Of a DNA stretch of 64,000 nucleotides, positions 1 to 10,228 are shown piece after piece (positions within the stretch are counted from its first letter, which is position 1; each line of letters begins with the position of its first letter). Origin of the DNA: an uncultured archaeon (GTDB lineage Archaea; Asgardarchaeota; Thorarchaeia; Thorarchaeales; Thorarchaeaceae). The notes below the pieces were generated by a model. The model was given only the letters and a program-made list of their open reading frames with translations. It was not told the origin of the DNA and did no database searches. The DNA lies in the NCBI GenBank assembly GCA_964558645.1, contig CAZLEV010000006.1, positions 32,001 to 96,000 of the forward strand. The letters run 5' to 3'. The position numbers and the translations under genes were made by a program.

Positions 1-242
1 TCGTCGGTCTGGAAGGCCCAAGGTACTACCAAGACAGTGTCGCCGATTCTCATCCATATACGTTTCTTCATTCTGCCTGGAATACGGCCGATACGAATCT
101 CCCCATCCTCACATCGGACCCGGACTCTGTCATGACCAAGCATCTGGATTATGATACCGAACATCTCGCCTTCGTCACGTCTCGGCGTTCTGACTCTGAA
201 TGTCTCATCGTCTCCTTGGGAATTTCTGTTTCTGCGGGACAA
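1..242 (-). CDS. eif1a: Translation initiation factor aIF-1A (3' end runs off the window)
   Basis: Not in the ORF track. Manual translation from TTG at 242 gives MSRRNRNSQGDDETFRVRTPRRDEGEMFGIIIQMLGHDRVRVRCEDGEIRIGRIPGRMKKRIWMRIGDTVLVVPWAFQTD, with the eIF1A OB-fold signature (C.DG..R..RIPG.MKKRIW...GD.V.V.PW). Confidence 0.95.
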   Translation of the reverse strand, partial: MSRRNRNSQGDDETFRVRTPRRDEGEMFGIIIQMLGHDRVRVRCEDGEIRIGRIPGRMKKRIWMRIGDTVLVVPWAFQTD

Positions 243-342
243 AGTAATCATCCGTCTACGAGGCAGACTCTAGGCCCATCTTACCTCGACCGAGCTTGGA
301 TTCCCACGCCATTTAAGCGTACCGAAATAACAGGGAGCGCCG

Positions 343-1437
343 TTATTCTTGGTTGTTTCTTGGAACAACATAGATATGGCCTTCAACGTCAAGCAGATGA
401 ACCGTATCACCCACTTCAACATCTTCAGCAAACCGGGCACGATCAACCTCTATAGTGCGATAGGATGAAGAATCCATCAGTTGAAATGGTTGGTTGTAGC
501 CCTCAGCAATTATCTTGTATTCCCTGCGCTCATTCTTAAGTGCAACAAATTCTATGGTCCTCCACTTTGAGCTCTTGGGATTTATCGTAAAGCTTGTCTG
601 CTCAACTAGATCATAGCACCCGAGTCCACCTCTTCCAATAGAAACAACCTCACATGTATTCCCCAAGACCTTGATGAAATCGCCCTTTCTGAAGCGCGGT
701 AGCCTGAGAAGGATAGTGATTCTATACTTCTCCCTTCCGTCCTTGTCTTGACCAAAAAGTTTGTAGTTCTCTTTTCGTTCGGCAAGGTAGCTGAATTGGA
801 TGTGGTCTGCAATCTTCTTAGCCAGATGCTCCGACCCAATCTTGAAATCCAGACCATGGCGATCTCGTGAGATCTCTGTGACATAGGCCTTGACATCTTT
901 GCCGTATTCGGCCACAGTCATGTCGGTAACGATTCCGGCGATTTCTTCGGCTTCGTTATCTGTAAGGCTTCGCTCGTCCGTACGAATCTGAATGATGGCC
1001 TCGTGGTAGCCCCCGCTCATCATTCCACAAGTATCGCAGGTTCCATGACTGAATCTTATTTCAACAGGAAACTCTTCTTGATGCTCAGGAAGAACTGGAT
1101 GGGATTGCCCACACGCTGTTAGAGTCACATGGAGGACGCGATCCAGGTTCTTGTCTTCGTGTATCTCCAACTGTACATCAGGAACGAGATAGCTGATTTC
1201 CTGTGAGAGCAGAATAGACACCTGAATCCCCCTCAATTCTCCTTCATCTTGATATCGTTCCTCTATGGCCCTCCATCCGCCAGGCACTTTCACAGCACCG
1301 CATCGTTTGCACACTTGTATGGCGAGCGGCGTATCTACTTGAATGAGTGGATGTGATTCGTTGTAGCACTTGATACAGAGTCCTTCCACTTCTGCATCTG
1401 CACCACATACATAACAGGGAGGCTTCATGCTTCTCAT
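343..1437 (-). CDS. nmd3: NMD3-family ribosome biogenesis protein
   Basis: Four CxxC pairs (CYVC, CIKC, CKRC, CDTC) and the GYHEAIIQIR motif. Confidence 0.9.
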   Translation of the reverse strand: MRSMKPPCYVCGADAEVEGLCIKCYNESHPLIQVDTPLAIQVCKRCGAVKVPGGWRAIEERYQDEGELRGIQVSILLSQEISYLVPDVQLEIHEDKNLDRVLHVTLTACGQSHPVLPEHQEEFPVEIRFSHGTCDTCGMMSGGYHEAIIQIRTDERSLTDNEAEEIAGIVTDMTVAEYGKDVKAYVTEISRDRHGLDFKIGSEHLAKKIADHIQFSYLAERKENYKLFGQDKDGREKYRITILLRLPRFRKGDFIKVLGNTCEVVSIGRGGLGCYDLVEQTSFTINPKSSKWRTIEFVALKNERREYKIIAEGYNQPFQLMDSSSYRTIEVDRARFAEDVEVGDTVHLLDVEGHIYVVPRNNQE

Positions 1438-1531
1438 TACTAGAGGCCCAGTTAAGCGCTTAAAGAATGGGGTATGGTCAAGGCTCCGTCCTAGCAGAAG
1501 TCTTTTGTTGCCAACGATTCTTCAGAGTGAT

Positions 1532-1957
1532 ATGCCTCGCAGTAAGCGTTGGAGACGGGTTTCGAGAGAGCCATCTGTTTCCGTCTACAAGCCTGCCGGG
1601 ATTCCGGCAAAGGATTTGGATGAGATTCTCATAACAGTTGATGAGTTTGAGGCGATACGCTTGGCAGACTTTGTTGGGATGACTCAAAGGGAGGCAAGCG
1701 AAGTGATGAACATAAGCCAACCCACCTTCAACCGGACTCTCGCATCTGCAAGGGCAAAGATTGCCCAGGGACTGGTTGAGGGGTGTGTGATCAGGATTGA
1801 GGGAGGTCGTTATGTTCTCGCTGACGGGTCAGGTGCTCTGGAATGTAGAGAGTGCGGCCATGCTATTGAGGGTTCGGCCAGCAACCAGACTACCTGTCCA
1901 AAATGTGGCTCCGCAAGGCTTCGTTGGGTTCGATGGAAGAAAGATGACGGTGATTAG
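1532..1957 (+). CDS. DUF134 HTH protein with C-terminal zinc ribbon
   Basis: MPRSKRWRRV...DEFEAIRLAD...Q.EAS..M.ISQPTF.R.L..AR.KIA..LVEG..I.IEGG, then CREC and CPKC. Start moved to ATG 1532. Confidence 0.9.
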   Translation: MPRSKRWRRVSREPSVSVYKPAGIPAKDLDEILITVDEFEAIRLADFVGMTQREASEVMNISQPTFNRTLASARAKIAQGLVEGCVIRIEGGRYVLADGSGALECRECGHAIEGSASNQTTCPKCGSARLRWVRWKKDDGD

Positions 1958-1960
1958 ACA

Positions 1961-2341
1961 ATGACTACTAGCAGAATAGCGATTCCGATAGATAGCAATC
2001 AGGGACTGGAGAGTGCAGTAAGTGGACACTTCGGACACTGTCCAGCCTTTGCCCTGGTGACACTCGAGAATGGAAAGACAACAGGACTTGACTTGGTTGA
2101 GAATGTTCCTCATTCCAGCTGTGCCGGGCCAGTTAATCTCCTCGCCGAACACGGGGTAGAGGTTCTGCTTGCTTCGGGAATGGGCATGCGCCCCTACGTG
2201 ATTGCAAAACAGCTTGGAATAGCAGTACTGAAATCAGATGGCAAGACTGTTGCTGAGGCCATAGAAGGTTATACTAGAGGAGATGCAAAGGATATAAGAG
2301 ACGGAGGCCTTTGCCAAGGCGGGCGAGGAGCCAATTTCTAG
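1961..2341 (+). CDS. NifB/NifX-family (FeMo-co biosynthesis domain) protein
   Basis: RIAIP...VSGHFGHCP.F...GMG.R motifs; commonly paired with DUF134. Confidence 0.9.
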   Translation: MTTSRIAIPIDSNQGLESAVSGHFGHCPAFALVTLENGKTTGLDLVENVPHSSCAGPVNLLAEHGVEVLLASGMGMRPYVIAKQLGIAVLKSDGKTVAEAIEGYTRGDAKDIRDGGLCQGGRGANF

Positions 2342-2637
2342 AGCTTGACCCATTGGGCATGGGGGTGGCCTTCAATGTACATAACAGCCTTTTCGTGAAC
2401 AAGGCCTGCGCTAATTGCAGCATCAACTGTATCCTGACCCACCATATTGAGAATAGTAGCTTTCTTGATGTGTTCCAGACAGGTTTCCATATCAACAAGG
2501 GTATCGCCATAGAAGGCCTTGCTTACTTTAAACTCAATGTCCCCCTGAGTGAGGGTTCTTCCCAGTAACGTCTCATCACAGATTGCTACAAGATAATGTT
2601 CCAGCGTTTCTCTTACCCGCATGTAGACGGATGACAT
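2338..2637 (-). CDS. DUF424 family protein
   Basis: LVAICDE.LLG...V...FYG...A.I.N.VG...V..AI..G motifs; likely start ATG 2637. Confidence 0.88.
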   Translation of the reverse strand: MSSVYMRVRETLEHYLVAICDETLLGRTLTQGDIEFKVSKAFYGDTLVDMETCLEHIKKATILNMVGQDTVDAAISAGLVHEKAVMYIEGHPHAQWVKL

Positions 2638-2648
2638 TCTGGGACCTC

Positions 2649-3068
2649 CTATACGGGACGAATCGAGGTTCTTGCACCACAAGCAGAACAATGGAGATAG
2701 TAGGCACTCTGTTCCTTTATGATGCTCGTATCTGGCCTTCCGCACACAGGGCAAATAACGTATGAATCGATGTATCTTCGCAGCATCTCTTCTACCATAT
2801 ACTCGGAGAACTTACCGTTGAATATTGCATTGCTACCTTCAATGGTACCTGCTGTTGCAAGCTGCCCTGATACGAACTTTAGTACTTCTTTTCCAGGACG
2901 ATTCAAGACGTTCACTATCTCTTGAAAGTTCTGCCATATGCTTCTGTTACCTTGGACTATCAGCTGTACATCAGGAACTTGAAAGCGCTCACCAGATCTC
3001 TTGAAGGCATCTTCTGGCACTTGTGACCTGGCCCTATCGAGTAGGCTATTGTAATCGTCCATATGCAA
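2649..3068 (-). CDS. eif2b: Translation initiation factor aIF-2 beta
   Basis: Y..LLDRA...P...RF..P, then YV.CPVCGRPDT and CSACGA zinc ribbon. Confidence 0.95.
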   Translation of the reverse strand: MHMDDYNSLLDRARSQVPEDAFKRSGERFQVPDVQLIVQGNRSIWQNFQEIVNVLNRPGKEVLKFVSGQLATAGTIEGSNAIFNGKFSEYMVEEMLRRYIDSYVICPVCGRPDTSIIKEQSAYYLHCSACGARTSIRPV

Positions 3069-3124
3069 GTGTGCTACCTGTCTGCTATTGAAGCTTCTGC
3101 TCTATGACATCTGTGATGGTTGGT

Positions 3125-3862
3125 CTAGCTGCTGGGGTCCAATACCCCAATGTCTTCTGGACGCTCTCGAACGTATCCGTTCTCAAGTAGTTCGACCACT
3201 CTCATGTTTATTTCCATCTTGTCAATTCCTTCACCATGGAAGTGTTCAATCACTTCCTCAATCTTGACACCGTCGGGCCCCCTCTTCTCTTTGATGTAGT
3301 CCAGAATCTGCCGGGAGAGCTTGCCGAGCATGCTGATGGGTGGGGTAGCCAATTCATCAGTGTCCTTCGTGCCTGTTGACGACTCAGAAACATAGTCCTC
3401 GAGACCTACTGTTTCTTCCACATCCACCTCTTCACTCTCGGGAGCAGTAACCCCGCTCAGTGTAAGAAGCCCCCAGAGTCGCTGTAACATGTGTAAGGTC
3501 ATGTAATTTCCATCATCTATTCTTCGGACGATCTCGGAGAGAAGATAGATACGGTCTTCATACTGACGGACTTTCCCGATCACCAAATATAGCTGATCTG
3601 CTTCAACCTGTTCCAGCAATGATGTATCAACGCCGAATGTACGAGCCTGAATTACACCAGATCCATCATCGATAGTAATGCTTGCTAGATTCCGGTCCGC
3701 ATTCACAAATTTCTCAACGATAAACCCCACTATACCGACCCGTCGTAGCTCAACACCATACTTTGAAACAACGCGAGGGCCTCCCGAATCATCAAACTGG
3801 CCCTCAACAATGTCAGCCACGGAGGCTCGAACTGTGGTCATTCTCGGCTGCATCTTATTCAC
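3125..3862 (-). CDS. RPA32/RPA2-like OB-fold protein with acidic linker and C-terminal winged helix
   Basis: RV.IVG.IV...ITIDDGSG.I...V.VIGKVR OB fold, then QILDYI...G....EV...LLENGYV winged helix. Confidence 0.8.
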   Translation of the reverse strand: MNKMQPRMTTVRASVADIVEGQFDDSGGPRVVSKYGVELRRVGIVGFIVEKFVNADRNLASITIDDGSGVIQARTFGVDTSLLEQVEADQLYLVIGKVRQYEDRIYLLSEIVRRIDDGNYMTLHMLQRLWGLLTLSGVTAPESEEVDVEETVGLEDYVSESSTGTKDTDELATPPISMLGKLSRQILDYIKEKRGPDGVKIEEVIEHFHGEGIDKMEINMRVVELLENGYVRERPEDIGVLDPSS

Positions 3863-3941
3863 ACACCAACATCGACATTCAGGTTTTTCTTACATTGCTA
3901 TATATCGTTCACGGATTCGTACCAAAGGGTATCTTGGACAA

Positions 3942-4976
3942 TCAGAAGAAATCGGTCAGGGTGCTCTGCTGTTGCATATCTCTAATCTCTTCGAGAGCCT
4001 CCTCCAACCTCTTGAGAGAACCTGAGATTCTCCCTTCGCTGAAATCATGCTCTGTACAGAGAATTCTATGGATAAGCTTTGGGTTGGGGTCATTCCACAC
4101 AGGGTCATTGATAGGAACCTCTGGAGGATCCAAGAAGATTTCCCGGATACGTTCATATGGGAAATCAAGTTCAAATCCCTTCTCCTTGCGTGCTTTTTCC
4201 AAGTCACCATATTTCCGGATGATTTTAAGAGCGGTCTTGGGCCCAATGCCCGGGATCTTGTCGTTGTAGTCCGTACCCACCAGAATGGCGATGTCAACAA
4301 GCTGTTTTCTCGATATCTTTAGGAGACGGAGGTTCAAGTCCAAGTCGATAACCTCTGGATTGATGGTCTTGTATCGATTTGACCTAGCAACCCGCCTTCT
4401 TCCGGTTATGGAGAGATTTCTTATCATACGGGGACAGTTGTATAACAACGAATCATTGTCTTGGCTTGCACTTCCCCAGACCTGTTTCTGCCGAGCCATC
4501 TGAGCGGCAAGCGCCTCACCTTCTGATGGTGCTTGATATACCGGAATCCCCAATGCCACAAGCAACTCCTTACTCTCTTGTACCATCGGGTCCGTGAGTC
4601 TGGAACTTGCCTGGGCCGCCTTCCGAGCGTCTTCTATTCGTCCCTCCTCCTTCGCGCGCGTCCATTCGTTTCTTGCACTTTCTCGTATCTCTCTCCTTCT
4701 TTCGATCTCATCCTGTTTCAGGTCAGGAGGCTCACCATCAAACACATAGACAGGTTTTATGCCGTTCATGAGCAAGTTGATATTCCGATAGAAGAGGCCA
4801 CTGAGATGGCTGGTTACTCGTCCTTGTCCATCCATGAGGGGAGTGCCATCAGGCTGCCGGATTATCGAGAGGAATTGATAGAGGGTATTGAATGCGTCAA
4901 CAGCCACCTTCTTCCCGGACAACTCTTCCAGAGTGACGGTCTCAGCCCTCATGATGTCGCCAAGTTTAGTTCCCAT
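3942..4976 (-). CDS. fen: Flap endonuclease 1
   Basis: DAFNTLYQFLS.IRQ.DG.PL, APSEGEA, SQD.D, GTDYN..PGIGPK motifs; C-terminal PIP box QQSTLTDFF; start ATG 4976. Confidence 0.97.
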   Translation of the reverse strand: MGTKLGDIMRAETVTLEELSGKKVAVDAFNTLYQFLSIIRQPDGTPLMDGQGRVTSHLSGLFYRNINLLMNGIKPVYVFDGEPPDLKQDEIERRREIRESARNEWTRAKEEGRIEDARKAAQASSRLTDPMVQESKELLVALGIPVYQAPSEGEALAAQMARQKQVWGSASQDNDSLLYNCPRMIRNLSITGRRRVARSNRYKTINPEVIDLDLNLRLLKISRKQLVDIAILVGTDYNDKIPGIGPKTALKIIRKYGDLEKARKEKGFELDFPYERIREIFLDPPEVPINDPVWNDPNPKLIHRILCTEHDFSEGRISGSLKRLEEALEEIRDMQQQSTLTDFF

Positions 4977-5078
4977 GGATTTGGTCTCCCAATGGAGTGG
5001 ATACCTATGAACTATCAATTGCGCATATATGACTTGAGATGGACTGACCCAAGCCTTGTCTGCGGATGCTTCGGTAGG

Positions 5079-5088
5079 TTTATAAAAA
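5079..5088 (+). promoter_or_regulatory. TATA box upstream of DUF1610/aEF-1beta
   Basis: TTTATAAAAA about 60 nt upstream of the start, in the divergent intergenic gap. Confidence 0.55.
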
Positions 5089-5147
5089 ACTCATCGCTCG
5101 GCCCCAAGACAGTAGCAAGAACAAGCCCTGGTGATAATTTGTCTTCA

Positions 5148-5315
5148 ATGAAAGCACTAAGATGCACCTCATGTCACGGGTCGATATCTCCCGAAGAAGA
5201 TAGCGTGAGATTCCAGTGTCCATCGTGTGGAGGATTCTTGATTTGGCGCTGTGAAGTATGTAGGAGATTCTCTGTTAGATACACATGCCCCAATTGTGGT
5301 TTTGAAGGGCCTTGA
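5148..5315 (+). CDS. Small zinc-finger protein (DUF1610/HVO_2753-like)
   Basis: CTSC...F.CPSCG...IWRCEVCR...YTCPNCGFEGP; conserved position before aEF-1beta. This is the 3' end of track ORF 4533..5315. Confidence 0.9.
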   Translation: MKALRCTSCHGSISPEEDSVRFQCPSCGGFLIWRCEVCRRFSVRYTCPNCGFEGP

Positions 5316-5333
5316 CAAGGGAGAAGGATCATT

Positions 5334-5600
5334 ATGGCAAGAGTGGTTATTACTCTCAAGATTATGCCGGAAGACACGGATGTGGACTTGGAGGAGCTTC
5401 TAGAGAAGATAAGGGAGAATGTTCCAGAGGGTACTGATGTGAGGGCAAACGAGATAGTACCTATCGCCTTTGGACTCAAAGCAATACGAATGAATGTTGC
5501 ACGTGACGAGTCCTTGGGTGGTACCGATGATATTGAAGAAGCTATTTCAATGCTCGATGGAGTTTCTCAAGTCGAGGTTGAACGAGTTTCAAGGATGTAA
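5334..5600 (+). CDS. ef1b: Elongation factor aEF-1 beta
   Basis: KIMPE..DVDL...PIAFGLKA...GGTD.IE...V..VEV motifs. Confidence 0.96.
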   Translation: MARVVITLKIMPEDTDVDLEELLEKIRENVPEGTDVRANEIVPIAFGLKAIRMNVARDESLGGTDDIEEAISMLDGVSQVEVERVSRM

Positions 5601-5743
5601 TCGTATAGATTGATTCGGGAAATGGTTCTTGGATGATTCCGAAGCGTTTGGCGCGCAATTTGATACTAGATTATTAGCTATAGAGATAAACTCATTAGCG
5701 AACTCTCGGCAGGACAAGCTAGGTAGGCCCACAGGCCCGATAA

Positions 5744-7990
<2,247 letters not shown>

Positions 7991-8008
7991 ATACAGGAGA
8001 AAGAGATA

Positions 8009-8269
8009 TTGTCAACATGGAATACGATACCGCTCAGAAGTCTTGTAATGCGCATCTTAAAGAAGAGGCACGGGGTTATCTTGGACGACGAGCTAGGACG
8101 TGCGCTCAAGAAGGAACTCGGACACGAACCAAGTGAGGCTGAACTCAACTCTGCATTGATGCAACTCGAAATCAACGGCTTGGCTCATGTAAGCCAGATT
8201 ACTAAGACGAAACGTCGAATCGAAACAATATCCGAGGATTCAGAGTTCTTGGCAGTTGACGAGGACTGA
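8009..8269 (+). CDS. Small winged-helix protein
   Basis: Helix pattern and ELNSALMQLEINGLAHV wing; immediately follows cdc48. Confidence 0.7.
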   Translation: MSTWNTIPLRSLVMRILKKRHGVILDDELGRALKKELGHEPSEAELNSALMQLEINGLAHVSQITKTKRRIETISEDSEFLAVDED

Positions 8270-8301
8270 GTACAGGATAGAGTATCTGAGGGAAAATCAA
8301 A

Positions 8302-8772
8302 ATGCTTGGCAGGAGAGTCCTTGCAGCCGGTAAGTTTGACATTCTCCATCTTGGACATATCGCATATCTCGAACAAGCGAAGGAAATTGCAGGGGCTGAG
8401 GGACATCTTATTGTAGTTGTTGCGCTCGATTCCACCATTAAGCGAGAGAGAGGTGCACAGCCAGTATTTCCTCAGGAACAGAGAAGAAGGATAGTCCAAG
8501 CTCTTTGTGTTGTGGACGAGGCGGTATTAGGATATGATACCGATGACCACACAAGAATCGTTAAGGATTTGAAACCGGATGTACTTGCGCTTGGCTATGA
8601 CCAGCAGACGAACATAGAGGCTCTTGAACAGCTATTCAAGAGAGAAAAGCTGGATATCGAGATTGTCCGACTTGAGAAAAGAGACGCTGATGGACTCTGC
8701 TCATCCACTCAAATCCGAAAGAGAATTCTACAGTATTATAACGAAAATGGCAAAGCAAGACCTGGCTGCTAG
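8302..8772 (+). CDS. ribL: FAD synthase (cytidylyltransferase-family nucleotidyltransferase)
   Basis: GKFDILHLGH (HxGH), LGYDQ, SST.IR motifs. Confidence 0.8.
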   Translation: MLGRRVLAAGKFDILHLGHIAYLEQAKEIAGAEGHLIVVVALDSTIKRERGAQPVFPQEQRRRIVQALCVVDEAVLGYDTDDHTRIVKDLKPDVLALGYDQQTNIEALEQLFKREKLDIEIVRLEKRDADGLCSSTQIRKRILQYYNENGKARPGC

Positions 8773-10115
8773 ATTATCAGTTCTCCACGCTCCTCAGCCT
8801 CTCTCACCGCTCTTGCCCTCCGTTCCCTTCTTTCAATCTCAAGTCTCCAGATGAAATAAGACATCAATGCCACTGCAATCATGACAATGATTCCAACGAC
8901 TGTATACCATCCTGAAATGAAATGCGAGAGGAAGTCCTTAAGCGGGGCACTTGTGAAATATGGCCAATTGAACGCTAGACCGGAGCTGTAGAGGAAGCCC
9001 ACTATAGTGATTTCCTTGAGATAGCCGATGCTGTACTCATCGCGATCAAAGAAGAATATCATTATCCCCATCCAGAACAAGTACCAAGGCATTACCCACC
9101 TGTAAAGAAACAAGATTGCTGGGAGCATATAGACATACAGAGGAACAAGACTGTTAATCCGCTTCCTCCAGCTCTGTGCCTTGAAATCGGAGAGTGCGGG
9201 CAAGTAGAGTGGGAGGGTATAGAAGAGAAAAGCGACGTAGAGAACCAAGGGAATCAATGCAGGAGGCCACAGGTAATACGTAATGGGATCACGAGTTAAA
9301 TCAGGTGTTGCAAAAGTTAGCCCCGGGTACATTGGATTCACGACATGTGCACTGTAAGAGGATAAGTTCAGGAAGTGCATGATAAGCGACTCGAATCCCA
9401 CTCCCGCAAAAGCAAAGGGTATAACCGTCAGCAACGCAGATACGAAGAACCACACGGATGCCAAGGGGGCGTCAAGGAAGAAAAGAGGGAATGCAACACC
9501 CGGGTATATCTTCGTCTGGACTGCTAGCCCAAGTGTGAACATGGCCTTCCCCATTTGTTTCTCTTGCCTTAATACAAGAGCCATAAGAAGAAGGCAGTCT
9601 ACTATGGGCTCCAGTTTTCCTCCTCCCGCTGACATTATCAACCCATAGACAAAATAACCACCGAAGAACAACCGGGCCCAACGCTCGTGGTAGATCTTGT
9701 CTTTCAAGAGGATGGCAATCAGTACCAGATTAAGATTGAACACAAGTACGAGCAAGAAGTTCAGCCAAAGTGGCTGTAGTTCATTGACACCTGGAAACAG
9801 AGCTGTTGCTATCGAGAAAAATATGAGACCGAACACAGGATACTCATAGGTGATGTTACCTAGGTAATCGGGTAAGACGTGGTTGCCATCATTGAAATCC
9901 CACTCCTCTGGTAAAGCCTCAGCGAGCTCCTGATCAGTCATGTTGTACACAGCAAACCCATAAATCCAGAAAGCCTCACCATACATTTCGTTTCTATTTC
10001 GATCTCTTTGGATAACAAAGGAATTCGCAATGGGTATGGCTACCATGGAGATAACAAGGCTCAGTACAAGATATCTTCGCATCTCGTAAATCTTGAAGGA
10101 GATTGCGCTGAGCAT
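8769..10115 (-). CDS. Multi-pass GT-C fold glycosyltransferase (GT87/PIG-M-like)
   Basis: Many TM helices; YEYP, GLAVQTKIYP and PWYLFW motifs typical of lipid-linked mannosyltransferases. Confidence 0.65.
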   Translation of the reverse strand: MLSAISFKIYEMRRYLVLSLVISMVAIPIANSFVIQRDRNRNEMYGEAFWIYGFAVYNMTDQELAEALPEEWDFNDGNHVLPDYLGNITYEYPVFGLIFFSIATALFPGVNELQPLWLNFLLVLVFNLNLVLIAILLKDKIYHERWARLFFGGYFVYGLIMSAGGGKLEPIVDCLLLMALVLRQEKQMGKAMFTLGLAVQTKIYPGVAFPLFFLDAPLASVWFFVSALLTVIPFAFAGVGFESLIMHFLNLSSYSAHVVNPMYPGLTFATPDLTRDPITYYLWPPALIPLVLYVAFLFYTLPLYLPALSDFKAQSWRKRINSLVPLYVYMLPAILFLYRWVMPWYLFWMGIMIFFFDRDEYSIGYLKEITIVGFLYSSGLAFNWPYFTSAPLKDFLSHFISGWYTVVGIIVMIAVALMSYFIWRLEIERRERRARAVREAEERGELII

Positions 10116-10228
10116 TTACTATCGACCTGCCATGTCTGGTTCAACTGAGGAGTTCTTGAACGAGCTCCGAGGGGTGGACAAGTAATTAACCTTTTGTCGG
10201 AAAGCACTAGTATCCAAGGCTCTGCGAC

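Noticed and set aside
4533-5147. Long N-terminal part of the 260-aa + strand ORF
   Set aside because: Antisense shadow of fen; only the last 55 codons form a recognisable protein.
10116-10228. Searched for a SECIS downstream of the PAPS-reductase-like gene
   Set aside because: No AUGA/GA kink-turn stem is visible, so Sec recoding of the TGA at 12173-12175 is unsupported.
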